In this document: positions 28,905-40,981 of the stretch, piece after piece
Layout of the letters: each line of letters opens with the position of its first letter
How positions within the stretch are numbered: position 1 is the first letter of the stretch
Source of the DNA: Candidatus Margulisiibacteriota bacterium
GTDB lineage: Bacteria; Margulisbacteria; Riflemargulisbacteria; GWF2-35-9
Length of the DNA stretch: 64,000 bases
Direction: 5' to 3'
Assembly (NCBI GenBank): GCA_028715625.1
Contig: JAQURL010000003.1
Span: 5,533-69,532, forward strand
The notes under the pieces: model-generated
The model's input: the letters and a program-made list of their open reading frames with translations, nothing else
Told to the model about the DNA's origin: nothing
The model's database searches: none
Translations under genes and position numbers: made by a program

Positions 28905-29216
28905 CTAGAATTCCAGCCCTTTTTTTCTGGCAGCCTCTGCTACAGCCTTTATACGGCCATGATAAATATGACCGGCTCTATCAAATACTACTTTTTTTAT
29001 TCCCTTTTCCAGTGCTTGAGTGGCTATGAGTTCACCAAGCATATCCGCTACTTTTATATTACCTCGTCCCTTTTTTAAGGAAGCGCTGGAAATACCTATG
29101 AGGGTTTTCCCTGCGGTGTCATCAATAATCTGGGCATAAATATTCTTTAAACTTTTACTTACTACCAAGCGTGGTCTATCCGCCTGTCCTTTAATATCTT
29201 TTTTCAATTTAACCAT
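28905..29216 (-). CDS. rplR: 50S ribosomal protein L18
   Basis: 103 aa. PRLVVSKS...IYAQIIDD motif. Confidence 0.9.
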   Translation of the reverse strand: MVKLKKDIKGQADRPRLVVSKSLKNIYAQIIDDTAGKTLIGISSASLKKGRGNIKVADMLGELIATQALEKGIKKVVFDRAGHIYHGRIKAVAEAARKKGLEF

Positions 29217-29234
29217 TCTCTGCTCCTTGTCGGC

Positions 29235-29780
29235 TTATTGCTTCTTACCGGCTTTACCAGCTTTTTTTCGTACATGTTCATCAAAATAACGCACGCCTTT
29301 ACCTTTATAAGGTTCAGGGCCTTTTAATTTTCTAATGTCAGCAGCAACCTGCCCTACGAGTTGTCTATCAATGCCTTTGACGGTAATTTTGGTATCGCCT
29401 TCGACTACAAAAGATATACCTTTAACAGGTTTTACTTCTACAGGATGAGAAAAACCTAAAGTAAGTCCAAGCCCTTCACCTTTTTTTTGTACGCGATAAC
29501 CTACGCCAACCAATGACAGGCGTATCTCGTACCCATCCATAACACCTTTAATCATATTTCTGATTATGGAATTATATAAACCATGCTGCGTCTTAGCTTC
29601 TTTATCGTCTCCGCTTCTGGAAACCAGAATCTCAGTATCTGTTTTTGTAACACTTATTTTGGGCGAATGAATTTCTACGCTCAATTCACCTTTCGGTCCT
29701 TTAACCTTAACATTGCTACCTGTAATTTCCACATTAACTTTATCAGTAATGGGAATCGGTTTTTTTCCTATTTTTGACAT
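29235..29780 (-). CDS. rplF: 50S ribosomal protein L6
   Basis: 181 aa with the duplicated L6 domain. Confidence 0.95.
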   Translation of the reverse strand: MSKIGKKPIPITDKVNVEITGSNVKVKGPKGELSVEIHSPKISVTKTDTEILVSRSGDDKEAKTQHGLYNSIIRNMIKGVMDGYEIRLSLVGVGYRVQKKGEGLGLTLGFSHPVEVKPVKGISFVVEGDTKITVKGIDRQLVGQVAADIRKLKGPEPYKGKGVRYFDEHVRKKAGKAGKKQ

Positions 29781-29801
29781 TTAACCTTCAATCTCCTTAT
29801 C

Positions 29802-30200
29802 TTACCAAATATAGCAGAGCACTTCTCCGCCAACGTTATTTATTCTCGCCTGTTTGCCCGTTAAAAGGCCTTTATTGGTTGATAATATGGATACGCCAAA
29901 ACCATTTTTAACTTTATCTATTTTGCTCTTCTGGGTATAATCTCTTTTCCCAGGAGTGCTTCTGCGTATCATATCAGTAATTACAGACTGACCGTTATCA
30001 TCATATTTCAAATAAACTTTTATACTTTTCTTGGCTTTATCTTCCTGAATTTCAAATTGGCTGATATAACCTTCTTCTTTCATTAACTTAACAATTTCCT
30101 TTTTAATATTGGAGAAAGGAATTATAACAATTTCTTTTTTTACTCTCCAGGCATTTTTCAGTATACAAATCATATCCGCTATTGGATCAGTAACGCTCAT
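29802..30200 (-). CDS. rpsH: 30S ribosomal protein S8
   Basis: 132 aa. MSVTDPIADM start. Confidence 0.95.
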   Translation of the reverse strand: MSVTDPIADMICILKNAWRVKKEIVIIPFSNIKKEIVKLMKEEGYISQFEIQEDKAKKSIKVYLKYDDNGQSVITDMIRRSTPGKRDYTQKSKIDKVKNGFGVSILSTNKGLLTGKQARINNVGGEVLCYIW

Positions 30201-30216
30201 ATTTTCCTCCCTTTAA

Positions 30217-30402
30217 CTACCAGCTAGCCTTAGTAACGCCTGGCAATTTGCCTTGGGCGGCTAATTTTCTTAAACAAAGCCTGCATATTCCGAATTTTCT
30301 AATATGCGCACGTGAACGACCGCATAAATTGCATCGTCTTCTATATTGAATAGGTGTTTTCTTTTTTCTTTCATTTTTTACAACCATACAAAGTCTTGCC
30401 AT
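30217..30402 (-). CDS. rpsZ: 30S ribosomal protein S14 type Z (zinc-binding)
   Basis: 61 aa with C-x2-C...C-x2-C. Confidence 0.9.
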   Translation of the reverse strand: MARLCMVVKNERKKKTPIQYRRRCNLCGRSRAHIRKFGICRLCLRKLAAQGKLPGVTKASW

Positions 30403-30422
30403 TGATCAGTTCTCCTTTGTTC

Positions 30423-31004
30423 TTATTTTCTAAAAGGCATTCCTAATAATCTTAATAATTCTCTTGCTTCATCGGTATTTTCACAGGAAGTAACGAAAGT
30501 AATATTAAAGCCTCTTACTTTATCTACCTTATCATAATTTACTTCCGGGAATATTAATTGTTCTTTAATACCCAGAGTATAGTTAGCCTGCTTATCAAAT
30601 GCTTTAGTAGATACTCCTCTGAAATCTCTGATTTTAGGAAGAACAAGATTGAATAGTTTGTTCATGAAGTTATACATTTTTTTTCCACGTAAAGTTACCA
30701 TACATCCGATGGATAATCCTTTTCTTAATTTAAATCCGGCAATGGATTTTTTTGCCTTGGTAATAACAGGTTGCTGTCCGAAGATGGCCCGGAATTCATC
30801 AAGCGTGCTTTGCACAACCTTGGAATTGGTTACCGCTTCGCCCAAACCACGATTAATTACAATTTTTGTTATTTTAGGAACCTGATTAATATTCTTATAT
30901 TTATATTTATTATTTAATTCAGGTATAATATCTTTTTTATATTTTTCTTTTAAGTCCACCAATTTTGATTGAACTTTTTCAGCTTCCGCTTTCTTGCTAA
31001 CCAC
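30423..31004 (-). CDS. rplE: 50S ribosomal protein L5
   Basis: The track ORF (30423..31148, 241 aa) runs 125 nt into rplX in another frame. L5 homology begins near [13 protein letters not shown]. The best start is the GTG at 31002-31004, which sits 10 nt after an AAAGGA Shine-Dalgarno sequence and follows the rplX TAG stop. This gives 193 aa. Confidence 0.8.
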   Translation of the reverse strand: MVSKKAEAEKVQSKLVDLKEKYKKDIIPELNNKYKYKNINQVPKITKIVINRGLGEAVTNSKVVQSTLDEFRAIFGQQPVITKAKKSIAGFKLRKGLSIGCMVTLRGKKMYNFMNKLFNLVLPKIRDFRGVSTKAFDKQANYTLGIKEQLIFPEVNYDKVDKVRGFNITFVTSCENTDEARELLRLLGMPFRK

Positions 31005-31023
31005 GTCTAATTTATCCTTTCTT

Positions 31024-31335
31024 CTACTTGTCGATAACTTCCCCGCAGGAAGAACATTTTCGACTCTTTTTTCCGCTAACAATTTCAAAACCAACCTTTG
31101 ACGGTTTTTTGCAATATTTGCATACCAGCATAACATTTGACCAATCAATAGGTTTTTCTTTTTCTATAATACCGCCTGTGTTTTTCTGGCTTGGTTTTGT
31201 ATGTCTTTTTACAAGATTTACTTTTTCAACTACTACTTTTTTCAGTTTAGGTATAACTTGTAAAACCTTGGCAATCTTACCTTTATTTTTACCTGTTAAA
31301 ACAATCACTTCATCATTTTTCTTTATTCTGTTCAC
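31024..31335 (-). CDS. rplX: 50S ribosomal protein L24
   Basis: 103 aa with a KOW motif ([10 protein letters not shown]). Confidence 0.9.
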   Translation of the reverse strand: MNRIKKNDEVIVLTGKNKGKIAKVLQVIPKLKKVVVEKVNLVKRHTKPSQKNTGGIIEKEKPIDWSNVMLVCKYCKKPSKVGFEIVSGKKSRKCSSCGEVIDK

Positions 31336-31353
31336 GTCTTTTCTCCTCTAAAT

Positions 31354-31728
31354 TTACAATACTTCCGGAGCCAAAGAGATAATCTTGGAAAAATCAATAT
31401 CTTTATCTCTCAGTTCTCTAGCCACAGGGCCAAAAATTCTTGTGCCCCTGGGAATATTCTGATCAGTAATAATTACAGCGGCATTGTCGTCGAAACGAAC
31501 AACTGTGCCGTCTTTACGTTTAATAGGCTCCGAAGTCCTAACTACTACAGCTCTGACAACTTCACTCTTCTTGACACCGGTATTCGGTATGGCATCCTTT
31601 ACAGCCCCGATAATAATATCACCGACATGGGCATACCTTCTTTTGGTCCCACCCAATACTCTGATGCATAAAATAAATCTTGCGCCGGAATTGTCGGCAA
31701 CTGTTAATCTGCTTTCCTGCTGTATCAT
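31354..31728 (-). CDS. rplN: 50S ribosomal protein L14
   Basis: 124 aa. MIQQESRL start. Confidence 0.95.
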   Translation of the reverse strand: MIQQESRLTVADNSGARFILCIRVLGGTKRRYAHVGDIIIGAVKDAIPNTGVKKSEVVRAVVVRTSEPIKRKDGTVVRFDDNAAVIITDQNIPRGTRIFGPVARELRDKDIDFSKIISLAPEVL

Positions 31729-31989
31729 TTAACTAACCCTTTCTAAAATTTTCACAAGTCTCCATCTTTTTTCTTTACTTAAAGGCTTCGTTTCCATAAT
31801 AGATACCATATCACCTGTCTTGCATTCATTTTTTTCATCATGAACTTTTACTTTTACGAACCTGTTAATAATTTTTTTATAATGAGCATGCTGAGTTCTT
31901 CTTTCTAGTTTGACAACAGCTGTTTTATCCATTTTGTCACTTACGACAATTCCAGTTCTAACTTTACGTCTGTTTCTTTCTTCAGCCAT
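31729..31989 (-). CDS. rpsQ: 30S ribosomal protein S17
   Basis: 86 aa OB-fold protein. Confidence 0.9.
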   Translation of the reverse strand: MAEERNRRKVRTGIVVSDKMDKTAVVKLERRTQHAHYKKIINRFVKVKVHDEKNECKTGDMVSIMETKPLSKEKRWRLVKILERVS

Positions 31990-32192
31990 TACTTATCACC
32001 TTTTTTCATTTGATTTAACGCTGTGTACAATCGAGCAATTTCTTTTCTGTTTTTCTGGAACATTTTTACATCTTTTAATTGATTGGCAACCAGTTGAAAA
32101 CGTCCGTTAATCATTTCTTTTTTCTTATCATTAATTGTTTTCAACATAGTCTCTTCAGTCATTTTCGTAGTGTCTGCTTTTTTCTTACTCAT
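31989..32192 (-). CDS. rpmC: 50S ribosomal protein L29
   Basis: 67 aa helical protein, between rplP and rpsQ. Confidence 0.85.
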   Translation of the reverse strand: MSKKKADTTKMTEETMLKTINDKKKEMINGRFQLVANQLKDVKMFQKNRKEIARLYTALNQMKKGDK

Positions 32193-32608
32193 TCTTCTAT
32201 CTCCAATTTTGATATAAACTTTGTTTTTACCGACAATTTATGACCTGCAAGCCTCATGGCTTCCCTGGCTATTTGTTCGGTTACATCAGATATTTCGAAC
32301 AATATCTTACCTCTTTTTACAACAGCTACGAAATATTCCGGACTACCTTTACCTTTACCCATTCTGGTTTCAGCAGGAATCTTGGTAAAAGGCTTATCCG
32401 GGAAAATACGGATCCATACCCTGCCGCCTCTTTTAATAAAACGAGTCATGGCAATACGAGCCGCTTCTATTTGTCTGGCGGTAATCCAATCATTAGAAAG
32501 ACACTGTAAACCATATTCGCCAAATTCAAGACTGGCGCCTTTATTGGCTATTCCTTTTCTTCTGCCTCTCTGCTGTTTCCTGAACTTTTGTTTTTTCGGC
32601 TGTAACAT
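32189..32608 (-). CDS. rplP: 50S ribosomal protein L16
   Basis: 139 aa. [11 protein letters not shown] start. Confidence 0.95.
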   Translation of the reverse strand: MLQPKKQKFRKQQRGRRKGIANKGASLEFGEYGLQCLSNDWITARQIEAARIAMTRFIKRGGRVWIRIFPDKPFTKIPAETRMGKGKGSPEYFVAVVKRGKILFEISDVTEQIAREAMRLAGHKLSVKTKFISKLEIEE

Positions 32609-33282
32609 TAGCCCGCGTCCTCCTTAATAATTTCTTCCTTTACCTTTTTCTGCTCGATAATATCACCTTTATATACCCAAACTTTTACGCCAATCTTGCC
32701 ATAAATAGTCTGAGCTTCTGTAAAAGCGTAATCAATATCCGCGCGAATAGTTTGTAAAGGTACTTTACCTTCTCTGTACCATTCTGTTCTGGCAATTTCT
32801 GCTCCGCCTAATCTACCGGAACATGATACTTTTATTCCTTGAGCTCCGGCTTTTAAAGCCCTGTTTACAACCTGTTTCATAGCCCTTCTGAAAGCAACCC
32901 TTTTTTCCAGTTGTCTGGCAATAGAATCACCTAAAATAGGGGCACTCATATCAATATGTTTTTCTTCAACAACAAAAAGCTGCACATCTTTCATTTGGGT
33001 TTTGTTCTGAATTGAAATTTTTAATTTATCAGCTTCTGAGCCACCCTTACCAATGATTATTCCGGGACGGGCAGCCTTAATGATGATTTCCAGGTTATTT
33101 GTTTTTCTTTTAATTTTTATAATAGATATTCCGGCTTTGCCGAAATCTTTATAAATGGCTTTTCTGATGTTTTCATCACCAAGTACATTGGCAGCATAAT
33201 TCTTACCTGTATACCATGTGCTATCCCAGTCTTTAATAATTCCTAATCTGAACGCCGTAGGACTAACTTTTTGCCCCATCAT
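32608..33282 (-). CDS. rpsC: 30S ribosomal protein S3
   Basis: The track ORF (235 aa) is over-extended into rplV. S3 homology starts at [14 protein letters not shown]. The ATG at 33280-33282 is preceded by an AAGGGAG Shine-Dalgarno sequence. Overlaps the rplV end by about 20 nt. Confidence 0.85.
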   Translation of the reverse strand: MMGQKVSPTAFRLGIIKDWDSTWYTGKNYAANVLGDENIRKAIYKDFGKAGISIIKIKRKTNNLEIIIKAARPGIIIGKGGSEADKLKISIQNKTQMKDVQLFVVEEKHIDMSAPILGDSIARQLEKRVAFRRAMKQVVNRALKAGAQGIKVSCSGRLGGAEIARTEWYREGKVPLQTIRADIDYAFTEAQTIYGKIGVKVWVYKGDIIEQKKVKEEIIKEDAG

Positions 33283-33619
33283 TGCTCCCTTCATCTTTAA
33301 GCATGATCGATACATGCGATAATTTCTTGTTTATCCTGCCTGCTTTACCTCTGCTCATGGCAGTAAATCTTTTCATCATCAATGCCTGACCTGTATAACC
33401 CTGGGCTATAACTAAATTGTCTTCTGCCAGTTTATAATTGTTTACTGCATTACTTTTGGCTGATTTTACAACTTTATATAAAATTTTAGCTCCGTGATGT
33501 GGTAAAAAACTTAATATTTTTAGAGCATCATTGACCTTTTTGCCAACAATTTCTTTTATTACCCTGTTCAGTTTCCTGGGTGATATGCGCACATAATTAA
33601 TTTTGGTTGTTATATTCAT
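33263..33619 (-). CDS. rplV: 50S ribosomal protein L22
   Basis: 118 aa. Confidence 0.9.
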   Translation of the reverse strand: MNITTKINYVRISPRKLNRVIKEIVGKKVNDALKILSFLPHHGAKILYKVVKSAKSNAVNNYKLAEDNLVIAQGYTGQALMMKRFTAMSRGKAGRINKKLSHVSIMLKDEGSNDGAKS

Positions 33620-33631
33620 TGTTATTCTTCC

Positions 33632-33907
33632 TTATGTTGTGACAACTTTTTTCATAGAATGGCCCTTAAATGTTCTTGTATGTACAAATTCGCCAAGTTT
33701 ATGTCCAATCATATTGTCGGAAACAAAAATAGGAATATGCTTTTTCCCGTTATGAACAGCGAATGTTAATCCGATCATATCCGGTACAATCATTGATCTT
33801 CTTGACCATGTTTTTATAATTTTCTTGTCATCTGTTTCCTTAGCTTTTTTGACTTTGTTTAACAAATGATCGTCGACAAACGGACCTTTTTTTAATGATC
33901 TAGACAT
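33632..33907 (-). CDS. rpsS: 30S ribosomal protein S19
   Basis: 91 aa. [12 protein letters not shown] start. Confidence 0.95.
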   Translation of the reverse strand: MSRSLKKGPFVDDHLLNKVKKAKETDDKKIIKTWSRRSMIVPDMIGLTFAVHNGKKHIPIFVSDNMIGHKLGEFVHTRTFKGHSMKKVVTT

Positions 33908-33927
33908 AAATTATTTCTCCCAACTCC

Positions 33928-34758
33928 TTATTTTCTTCTTGTAATAATATATTTATCTGTTATTTTTTTCTTGTTCCTGGTCTTAAATCCTCTTGTGGGT
34001 TTGCCCTGTGGTGTCAAGGGGCCCGGATGTCCTACCGGACATTTACCTTCGCCTCCGCCGTGAGGATGGTCATTTGGGTTCATAGCCGAACCTCTGACAT
34101 GAGGTTTTATGCCTCTGTGCCTTGATTTTCCGGCTTTACCCAAACGAATATTGCGATGTTCAATATTCGACAACTGACCGATTGTGGCTTTACAGTCGAT
34201 CCTTATCTGTCTTAATTCTCCGGAAGCCAGACGGATTACCGCATAGTCTCCTTCTTTGGCCATCAACTGAGCGCTTGAACCGGCGCTTCTTACCAGTTGT
34301 CCACCTCTACCTGGATTTATTTCTATATTATGTATTACGGTACCTACAGGTATATCGGCTAATTTCAAACAATTACCAATTTTAATTTCTACATCAACAG
34401 ATCCTGATTGTAAAACATCTCCAACTTTTAATCCGGTTGGTGCCAGAATATATCTTTTTTCACCATCAAAATAATTTAACAGGGCAATACGCGATGTTCT
34501 GTTCGGATCATATTCTACAGAAGCTACTTTGGCTTTAACACCATCTTTATCTCTTTTAAAATCTACAGCCCTGTAAAATTGTCTATTACCTCCGCCTTTA
34601 TGTCTTACAGTAATCTGACCATAATTATTACGTCCGCCATTTTTCTTTAAGGCTTTTATTAATGATTTTTCAGGCTTGGATGTAGTAATTTCCGAAAAAT
34701 CGGAAGTAATCATATTCCTTGTTCCGTTGCCCATTGGTTTTATATTTTTGATTGCCAT
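33928..34758 (-). CDS. rplB: 50S ribosomal protein L2
   Basis: 276 aa with a typical L2 C-terminal domain. Confidence 0.95.
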   Translation of the reverse strand: MAIKNIKPMGNGTRNMITSDFSEITTSKPEKSLIKALKKNGGRNNYGQITVRHKGGGNRQFYRAVDFKRDKDGVKAKVASVEYDPNRTSRIALLNYFDGEKRYILAPTGLKVGDVLQSGSVDVEIKIGNCLKLADIPVGTVIHNIEINPGRGGQLVRSAGSSAQLMAKEGDYAVIRLASGELRQIRIDCKATIGQLSNIEHRNIRLGKAGKSRHRGIKPHVRGSAMNPNDHPHGGGEGKCPVGHPGPLTPQGKPTRGFKTRNKKKITDKYIITRRK

Positions 34759-34768
34759 GTTTTATCCT

Positions 34769-35053
34769 TTACGCCAATTTCTCAAAATTTTCGATTTTGC
34801 TGCCTTCTTTTAAAGTAACTACGGCTTTTTTCCATTTTCTGGTTGTACCGGTAAATCTGCCCAATCTTTTCTTTCTGGGCTTAATATTAATTGTATTCAC
34901 AGCTACAACTTCAACATTAAAAATATCGGAAATAGCTTTTCTGATTTCAATTTTATTGAGATCTGAACTTACACGAAAAACATATTTATTTTCAGTTCCC
35001 AACAGAGAACTTTTTTCGGTAATAACCGGTTTTATAACAAATTGTTTATCCAT
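34769..35053 (-). CDS. rplW: 50S ribosomal protein L23
   Basis: 94 aa. Confidence 0.9.
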   Translation of the reverse strand: MDKQFVIKPVITEKSSLLGTENKYVFRVSSDLNKIEIRKAISDIFNVEVVAVNTINIKPRKKRLGRFTGTTRKWKKAVVTLKEGSKIENFEKLA

Positions 35054-35684
35054 TTTTCGAATATATCTCCTCTAATTGTTTAATAGAACTTTCCTCGAAC
35101 ATGATCTGGTTGGCATTTAAAATGTCAAAAGGATTTAATCCGAATACACTTTGCACTTTAACATTCTTCAAATTGCCCAGCCATGTTTCTCTGGCCTTTT
35201 TCTCTTTGGATACATAAAGAATTTTCTGATCGGCAATATCTAAATCGGTAAGTATACCGTTAAAATCCTTAACTTTGCTAAGTTCCTTGCCAATTGCTTC
35301 TTCATGTTTCAAAATTATTGTATTGTTAACTTTATCGCTTAAAACTCCGAAAAGAACTTTTCTTTGAACTTTTTTATTAACTTTAAGCTCTCTTTTAATA
35401 TTCTGCGGCCCGAAGGTAACTCCGCCGCCAACCCATAAAGGTGATCTGATACTACCAGACCTGGCACGTCCTGTACCTTTTTGTTTCCATGGCTTTCTAC
35501 CTCCGCCGGCTACTTCTGTACGAGTTTTTACCTTGGCAGTTTTTTCGCGCTTATTATGCAGATAACACATAAGCACAAAATGGACCAGTTCCTTTTCCAC
35601 TTCAATTTTAAAAATTTTTTCACTGACTTTTACTTCGTCAATTTTTTTATCTTTTAAGTTATAAGTTTTTACTTTTGTCATCAT
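35046..35684 (-). CDS. rplD: 50S ribosomal protein L4
   Basis: 212 aa. Confidence 0.9.
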   Translation of the reverse strand: MMTKVKTYNLKDKKIDEVKVSEKIFKIEVEKELVHFVLMCYLHNKREKTAKVKTRTEVAGGGRKPWKQKGTGRARSGSIRSPLWVGGGVTFGPQNIKRELKVNKKVQRKVLFGVLSDKVNNTIILKHEEAIGKELSKVKDFNGILTDLDIADQKILYVSKEKKARETWLGNLKNVKVQSVFGLNPFDILNANQIMFEESSIKQLEEIYSKNG

Positions 35685-35691
35685 TTATTCC

Positions 35692-36315
35692 TTAATTGTA
35701 AACTTTCACTGTTCCGCCAACCGCTCCCGGTACTGCGCCTTTTACAAGTATTAATTTTTTTTCGGGCATCACTTTATAAATTTTCAAATTTTTAACTGTA
35801 ACCAAACAATTACCGTAATGTCCTGCAGTTTTTTGACCTTTCCAGACTTTAGCCTGACCGGTTCCCGCACCGCTGGTGCCTTTACGACGATGATGTTTTG
35901 AACCATGGCTGATTGGGCCAATGGTAAAATTATATCTTTTTACTGTTCCGGTAAAGCCACGACCTTTAATAATTCCGGAAACATTAACTTTTTCATTGTC
36001 CTTAAAAATATCTACTTTCAATTCTTCTCCTGCATTATATGTATCTATATTTTTAAGTCTGATCTCGTGTATTTTTTTAAAAAACTTGCCGGCAGCTTTA
36101 AATTGACCAGCCGCAGGTTTGGTCAACTTTTCTTCCTTCACTTCTCTGGAACCAACTTTTAAAGCCTGATAACCATTCTTGTCAGCTGTTTTCTTGCTGA
36201 CGATAAAATTATCGCATGCTTCCAGTACAGTCACGACAACAACTTGACCTTTGTCATCGAACATCTGTGTCATGCCAATTTTTTTTGTAATTAATCCTTT
36301 ATTTAATTCTTTCAT
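35692..36315 (-). CDS. rplC: 50S ribosomal protein L3
   Basis: 207 aa. Confidence 0.95.
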   Translation of the reverse strand: MKELNKGLITKKIGMTQMFDDKGQVVVVTVLEACDNFIVSKKTADKNGYQALKVGSREVKEEKLTKPAAGQFKAAGKFFKKIHEIRLKNIDTYNAGEELKVDIFKDNEKVNVSGIIKGRGFTGTVKRYNFTIGPISHGSKHHRRKGTSGAGTGQAKVWKGQKTAGHYGNCLVTVKNLKIYKVMPEKKLILVKGAVPGAVGGTVKVYN

Positions 36316-36345
36316 CTTTGATTATCCTATCAATAGTTGTAATGT

Positions 36346-36702
36346 CTATCCCAGTTTAATTTCTATGTCGACTCCAGCTGGTAAATCCAATTGCATCAGG
36401 GCATCGATTGTTGATGCGGGAGGATTGATAATATCAATTAAACGTTTATGAGTACGGATTTCGAAATGCTCTCCGCCTCTTTTGTTAACATGTGGTGATT
36501 TCAATACACACCATACACTGCGATCGGTAGGCAGCGGCACAGGACCAATGACTTTTGCCCCTGATCTCTGTGCCGTACCAACTATCTTTTCACTTGATTG
36601 GTCTAAAACTCTGTAATCAAATGCTTTCAGTTTAATCCTGACTTTCTGCGCGACTTTTGTTTTTTGAGTTCCAGTAATTGCTTTTTTCTTTGTTGTTACC
36701 AT
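36346..36702 (-). CDS. rpsJ: 30S ribosomal protein S10
   Basis: 118 aa. S10 core from [14 protein letters not shown] onward, with a basic N-terminal extension of about 14 aa. Begins only 14 nt after the tuf stop. Confidence 0.9.
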   Translation of the reverse strand: MVTTKKKAITGTQKTKVAQKVRIKLKAFDYRVLDQSSEKIVGTAQRSGAKVIGPVPLPTDRSVWCVLKSPHVNKRGGEHFEIRTHKRLIDIINPPASTIDALMQLDLPAGVDIEIKLG

Positions 36703-36716
36703 TTTTTTCTCTTACT

Positions 36717-37916
36717 TTAGGCTATAATTGATGTAACTACTCCTGCTCCTACAGTTCTGCCACCTTCACGGATAGCAAATCTTAATCCTTCTTCGATAGC
36801 AATAGGAGTAATGAGCTCGACCACCATGTTGACGTTATCTCCAGGCATTACCATTTCTACGTTTTGCGGCAGTTGAATAGTACCTGTTACATCAGTTGTT
36901 CTCATATAAAACTGCGGTCTGTATCCATTAAAAAATGGAGTATGTCGTCCGCCTTCTTCTTTTTTCAACACATAAACTTCAGCGTTAAACTTGGTATGTG
37001 GATTAATACTTCCCTTACGTGCTATAACCTGTCCTCTGAAAAGTTCATTTTTTTCTATACCTCTCAGAAGTAAACCGACGTTATCACCGGCCATACCTTC
37101 GTCCAAAGTTTTTCTGAACATTTCCACACCGGTTACAACTACAGTTTTTGCCTTTTCCATCATACCTACAATTTCAACTTCTTCACCAACTTTTACTTTG
37201 CCTCTTTCAATACGGCCCGTACCTACAGTACCACGACCTGTTATTGAAAATACGTCTTCAACAGGCATCAAAAATGGCTTTTCAACATCGCGTTTAGGTG
37301 TCGGTATATATTCATCAACAGCTTTAAGCAGTTGAAAAATTGCTTTTACATTAGGATCATCTGGTTTTGTCGCATTTTCCAGAGCCTTTAAAGCAGAACC
37401 TCTGATAATAGGTATCTCATCTCCGGGGAATTTATATTTGGTCAATAATTCTCTTACTTCCATTTCAACCAAATCAATCAGTTCCGGATCATCTACCATA
37501 TCGACTTTATTTAAGAAAACAATAATATAAGGTACATTAACCTGGTGTGCTAAAAGAATATGCTCCCTGGTTTGAGGCATCGGACCATCAGCAGCGGATA
37601 CTACAAGAATAGCTCCGTCCATCTGCGCAGCTCCGGTAATCATATTCTTTACATAGTCTGCGTGTCCCGGACAGTCAACGTGGGCATAATGTCTGGCATC
37701 AGTTTCATATTCCACGTGAGCGGTATTGATTGTAATACCTCTTTCTTTTTCTTCAGGTGCGCTGTCGATCTGATCATAATCAATTTTCTTCGCTTTACCT
37801 ACTGTTGCCAATACTGCGGTAATTGCAGATGTCAGCGTGGTCTTTCCATGATCTACGTGACCAATTGTTCCAACGTTTACGTGCGGTTTTTTTCTCTCAA
37901 ATTTTTCTCTAGCCAT
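36717..37916 (-). CDS. tuf: Elongation factor Tu
   Basis: 399 aa. G1-G4 motifs ([18 protein letters not shown]). Confidence 0.97.
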   Translation of the reverse strand: MAREKFERKKPHVNVGTIGHVDHGKTTLTSAITAVLATVGKAKKIDYDQIDSAPEEKERGITINTAHVEYETDARHYAHVDCPGHADYVKNMITGAAQMDGAILVVSAADGPMPQTREHILLAHQVNVPYIIVFLNKVDMVDDPELIDLVEMEVRELLTKYKFPGDEIPIIRGSALKALENATKPDDPNVKAIFQLLKAVDEYIPTPKRDVEKPFLMPVEDVFSITGRGTVGTGRIERGKVKVGEEVEIVGMMEKAKTVVVTGVEMFRKTLDEGMAGDNVGLLLRGIEKNELFRGQVIARKGSINPHTKFNAEVYVLKKEEGGRHTPFFNGYRPQFYMRTTDVTGTIQLPQNVEMVMPGDNVNMVVELITPIAIEEGLRFAIREGGRTVGAGVVTSIIA

Positions 37917-37942
37917 TTTATCCTCCTTTTAATAAATAAAGC

Positions 37943-40027
37943 TTATTTAGCCCCTTTAACTTTCGCAATAATGGCTTCTGCCTGACTCTTCGGTACTTCT
38001 TCATAGTATGCAGGTTGCATAGTGTAGTCCCCTCTACCTTGAGTCTTACTTCTTAAATCCGTTGAGTATCCAAACATTTCTGCAAGTGGTACCTTGCAGC
38101 GAACTTTCTGATTTTTACCTATAGGTTCCATACCGTCAATTTTTCCTCTGCGTGAATTTAAGTCTCCGATTACATCTCCCATGTTACCTTCGGGACATAC
38201 TACTTCTACGTCCATAATCGGTTCCAGTATAACCGGATTGGCTTTTAAAGCACCTTCCTTCAAGGCCATTGAACCGGCTATTTTAAAGGCCATTTCCGAA
38301 GAGTCAACTTCATGAAATGAACCGTCATACAATGTTGCCTTAACATCCACCAATGGATATCCGGCAAGCACACCATTTACCAATGCTTCCTTAATTCCTT
38401 TTTCAACGGCAGGTATATATTCCCTGGGAATTACACCGCCCTTAATTGCATTTTCAAATTCAAAACCTTTATTTCTCTCCAGTGGCTCAATTCTAATATA
38501 AACATGACCATATTGTCCACGGCCGCCAGATTGTCTGATAAATTTTCCTTCCTGTTCTACAGTGCCACGAATTGTTTCTTTATAAGCAACTTGTGGTTTA
38601 CCTACATTTGCTTCTACTTTAAATTCTCTTAATAAACGATCGACAATAATTTCCAGATGTAATTCTCCCATACCTTCAATTATGGTCTGATTAGTTTCAT
38701 GATCAATACGCACCTTGAATGTCGGATCTTCTTCAGCCAGTCTTTGCAAGGCTAAAGATAATTTTTCCTGGTCTGCTTTGGTTTTTGGTTCAATGGCAAC
38801 AGAAATAACCGGATCAGGAAAATCCATAGACTCCAGCAATATCTGTGAAGATTCATCACATAATGTATCTCCTGTTGTTGTTACCTTAAGACCAACAGCT
38901 GCACAAATTTCTCCCGTTCCTACATCAGCAATTTCTTCTCTTGTATTGGCGTGCATCAGCAGTAAGCGGCCGATACGTTCTTTGGTATTTTTTGTACTGT
39001 TTAATATATAAGAACCTGCTTTTAATATCCCGGAATAAACCCTGAAGTAAGTTAATTTACCTACATAAGGATCTGTTGCTATCTTAAAAGCCAGCGCTGC
39101 AAACTTTTCTTTATCATCAACTTTTCTGGTAATCTCATCTCCTGTTTTGGGGTCAATACCTTTAGTTTCAGGCAAATCAATCGGTGCCGGCAAATAAGCG
39201 AGCACACAATCCAGCAATGTCTGGATACCTTTATTTTTGAATGCTGATCCGCATGTACAGGGAACTATTTTACAATCTATTGTACCTTTACGAATTCCTG
39301 AAACAATTTCTTCTTTTGTAAGAGCTTCTCCATGATAATACTTTTCCATTAACTTATCATCAAACTCCGCGGATATTTCAACCGCTTCATCATAGTATTT
39401 CTTTGCGCTTTCCTTTAAATCATCAGGTATTTCTATTTCATCAAATTTAACACCAAGATCATCTCCATGCCATTTGTATGCTTTCTGAGCAATAATATCA
39501 ACTATTCCAACGAACTGATCTTCTCGTCCGATAGGTATTTGTAATACAACCGGTTTTGCGCCCAATTTATCTTTAACTTCCTGCACAACCTTATAAAAAT
39601 CCGCTCCCACTCTGTCCATTTTATTTACAAAAACTATTCTGGGAACATGATACTTTGTTGCTTGTCTCCATACAGTTTCTGATTGAGGTTGAACACAACC
39701 TACACCGCAAAAAACAGCAACCATACCGTCTAAAACTCTAAGAGAGCGCTCAACTTCAACGGTGAAGTCAACGTGACCGGGTGTATCAATTATATTTATA
39801 CGCGTTGTATTCCAGAAACAAGTAGTTGCAGCGGAGGTTATTGTAATCCCGCGTTCCTGCTCCTGAGGCATCCAGTCCATAATCGCTGTTCCTTCATGAA
39901 CTTCGCCGATTTTATAACTTCTGCCCGTATAATAAAGAATACGCTCTGTAAGGGTAGTTTTACCCGCGTCAATATGTGCGGCGATACCTATGTTTCTGAT
40001 TTTATTAAGGGGTACTTTTCTTTCCAC
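37943..40027 (-). CDS. fusA: Elongation factor G
   Basis: 694 aa. G-domain motifs ([18 protein letters not shown]) and domains II-V. Confidence 0.97.
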   Translation of the reverse strand: MERKVPLNKIRNIGIAAHIDAGKTTLTERILYYTGRSYKIGEVHEGTAIMDWMPQEQERGITITSAATTCFWNTTRINIIDTPGHVDFTVEVERSLRVLDGMVAVFCGVGCVQPQSETVWRQATKYHVPRIVFVNKMDRVGADFYKVVQEVKDKLGAKPVVLQIPIGREDQFVGIVDIIAQKAYKWHGDDLGVKFDEIEIPDDLKESAKKYYDEAVEISAEFDDKLMEKYYHGEALTKEEIVSGIRKGTIDCKIVPCTCGSAFKNKGIQTLLDCVLAYLPAPIDLPETKGIDPKTGDEITRKVDDKEKFAALAFKIATDPYVGKLTYFRVYSGILKAGSYILNSTKNTKERIGRLLLMHANTREEIADVGTGEICAAVGLKVTTTGDTLCDESSQILLESMDFPDPVISVAIEPKTKADQEKLSLALQRLAEEDPTFKVRIDHETNQTIIEGMGELHLEIIVDRLLREFKVEANVGKPQVAYKETIRGTVEQEGKFIRQSGGRGQYGHVYIRIEPLERNKGFEFENAIKGGVIPREYIPAVEKGIKEALVNGVLAGYPLVDVKATLYDGSFHEVDSSEMAFKIAGSMALKEGALKANPVILEPIMDVEVVCPEGNMGDVIGDLNSRRGKIDGMEPIGKNQKVRCKVPLAEMFGYSTDLRSKTQGRGDYTMQPAYYEEVPKSQAEAIIAKVKGAK

Positions 40028-40037
40028 TTTCTGTCTC

Positions 40038-40511
40038 CTACCATCTAAAATGTGCGAATGCTTTGTTTGCTTCTGCCATCTTGTGCATTTCGTCTTTTTT
40101 CTTTATTGATGAACCTGTATTTTCTGAAGCTTCTATCAATTCTCTGGCAAGTTTTTCTATCATAGATTTACCGGCTCTGGCCCTGGAATACTGAACCAGC
40201 CAGCGCATGCCCAGAGAGGTACTTCTTTTCTTGCGAACTTCAACCGGCACCTGATAAGTAGCTCCACCGACCCTGCGGCCTTTAACTTCCATAACAGGGC
40301 TGGCGTTTTTTAAAGCATCGCTAAATACCTTAAAAGGATCCTCACCCTTTTTCATTTCAGCGATTTTATCCAGAGCGCTATAAAAAATAGTTTCAGCTGT
40401 AGACTTTTTCCCGTCCATCATTAATTTACCGATAAATTGACTTACAAGCACACTGTTATACTTAACGTCTAATCCGATTTTTCTTTCAATACTTTGTCTG
40501 CGTCGTGACAT
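40038..40511 (-). CDS. rpsG: 30S ribosomal protein S7
   Basis: 157 aa. Confidence 0.95.
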   Translation of the reverse strand: MSRRRQSIERKIGLDVKYNSVLVSQFIGKLMMDGKKSTAETIFYSALDKIAEMKKGEDPFKVFSDALKNASPVMEVKGRRVGGATYQVPVEVRKKRSTSLGMRWLVQYSRARAGKSMIEKLARELIEASENTGSSIKKKDEMHKMAEANKAFAHFRW

Positions 40512-40525
40512 GTTATTTTATACCC

Positions 40526-40900
40526 TCACTTTTTTTCTTGTTTGGCGCCATATTTCGAACGGCTCTGTTTTCTATTACCTACACCGGTAGTATCCAGTGA
40601 ACCGCGGACAATATGGTAACGAACGCCGGGTAAATCTTTTACTCTGCCACCTCTAACTAAAACTACCGAGTGTTCCTGAAGATTGTGGCCTTCTCCTGGA
40701 ATATATGCTGTTACCTCAAACCCGTTTGTTAAGCGGACTCTCGCAACCTTTCTTAAAGCCGAATTCGGTTTTTTCGGCGTAGTTGTATAAACTCGAACAC
40801 AAACTCCTCGTCTTTGAGGACAATTATTAAGAGCCGGAACATTGTTTTTTGTCTTCTTGTTTTTTCTACCTTTTCGTACTAATTGATTAATAGTTGGCAT
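40526..40900 (-). CDS. rpsL: 30S ribosomal protein S12
   Basis: 124 aa. [12 protein letters not shown] start and [11 protein letters not shown] motif. Confidence 0.97.
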   Translation of the reverse strand: MPTINQLVRKGRKNKKTKNNVPALNNCPQRRGVCVRVYTTTPKKPNSALRKVARVRLTNGFEVTAYIPGEGHNLQEHSVVLVRGGRVKDLPGVRYHIVRGSLDTTGVGNRKQSRSKYGAKQEKK

Positions 40901-40935
40901 CCTTTATTCTCCTCGTTTTTTTGACAACGTCTGGT

Positions 40936-40964
40936 ATTCTATTATACTCACCATGCCTTGTCAA
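40936..40964 (-). promoter_or_regulatory. Sigma-70-type promoter for rpsL-rpsG-fusA-tuf in the rpoC-rpsL gap
   Basis: On the minus strand: TTGACA (40959-40964), 17 nt spacer, TAGAAT (40936-40941), about 35 nt upstream of the rpsL ATG. Confidence 0.45.
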
Positions 40965-40981
40965 CCAAAAAATTTATGCTT

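Noticed and set aside
30423-31148. 241-aa L5 ORF as given in the track
   Set aside because: Upstream 48 codons overlap rplX and have no L5 homology. Trimmed to the GTG start at 31004.
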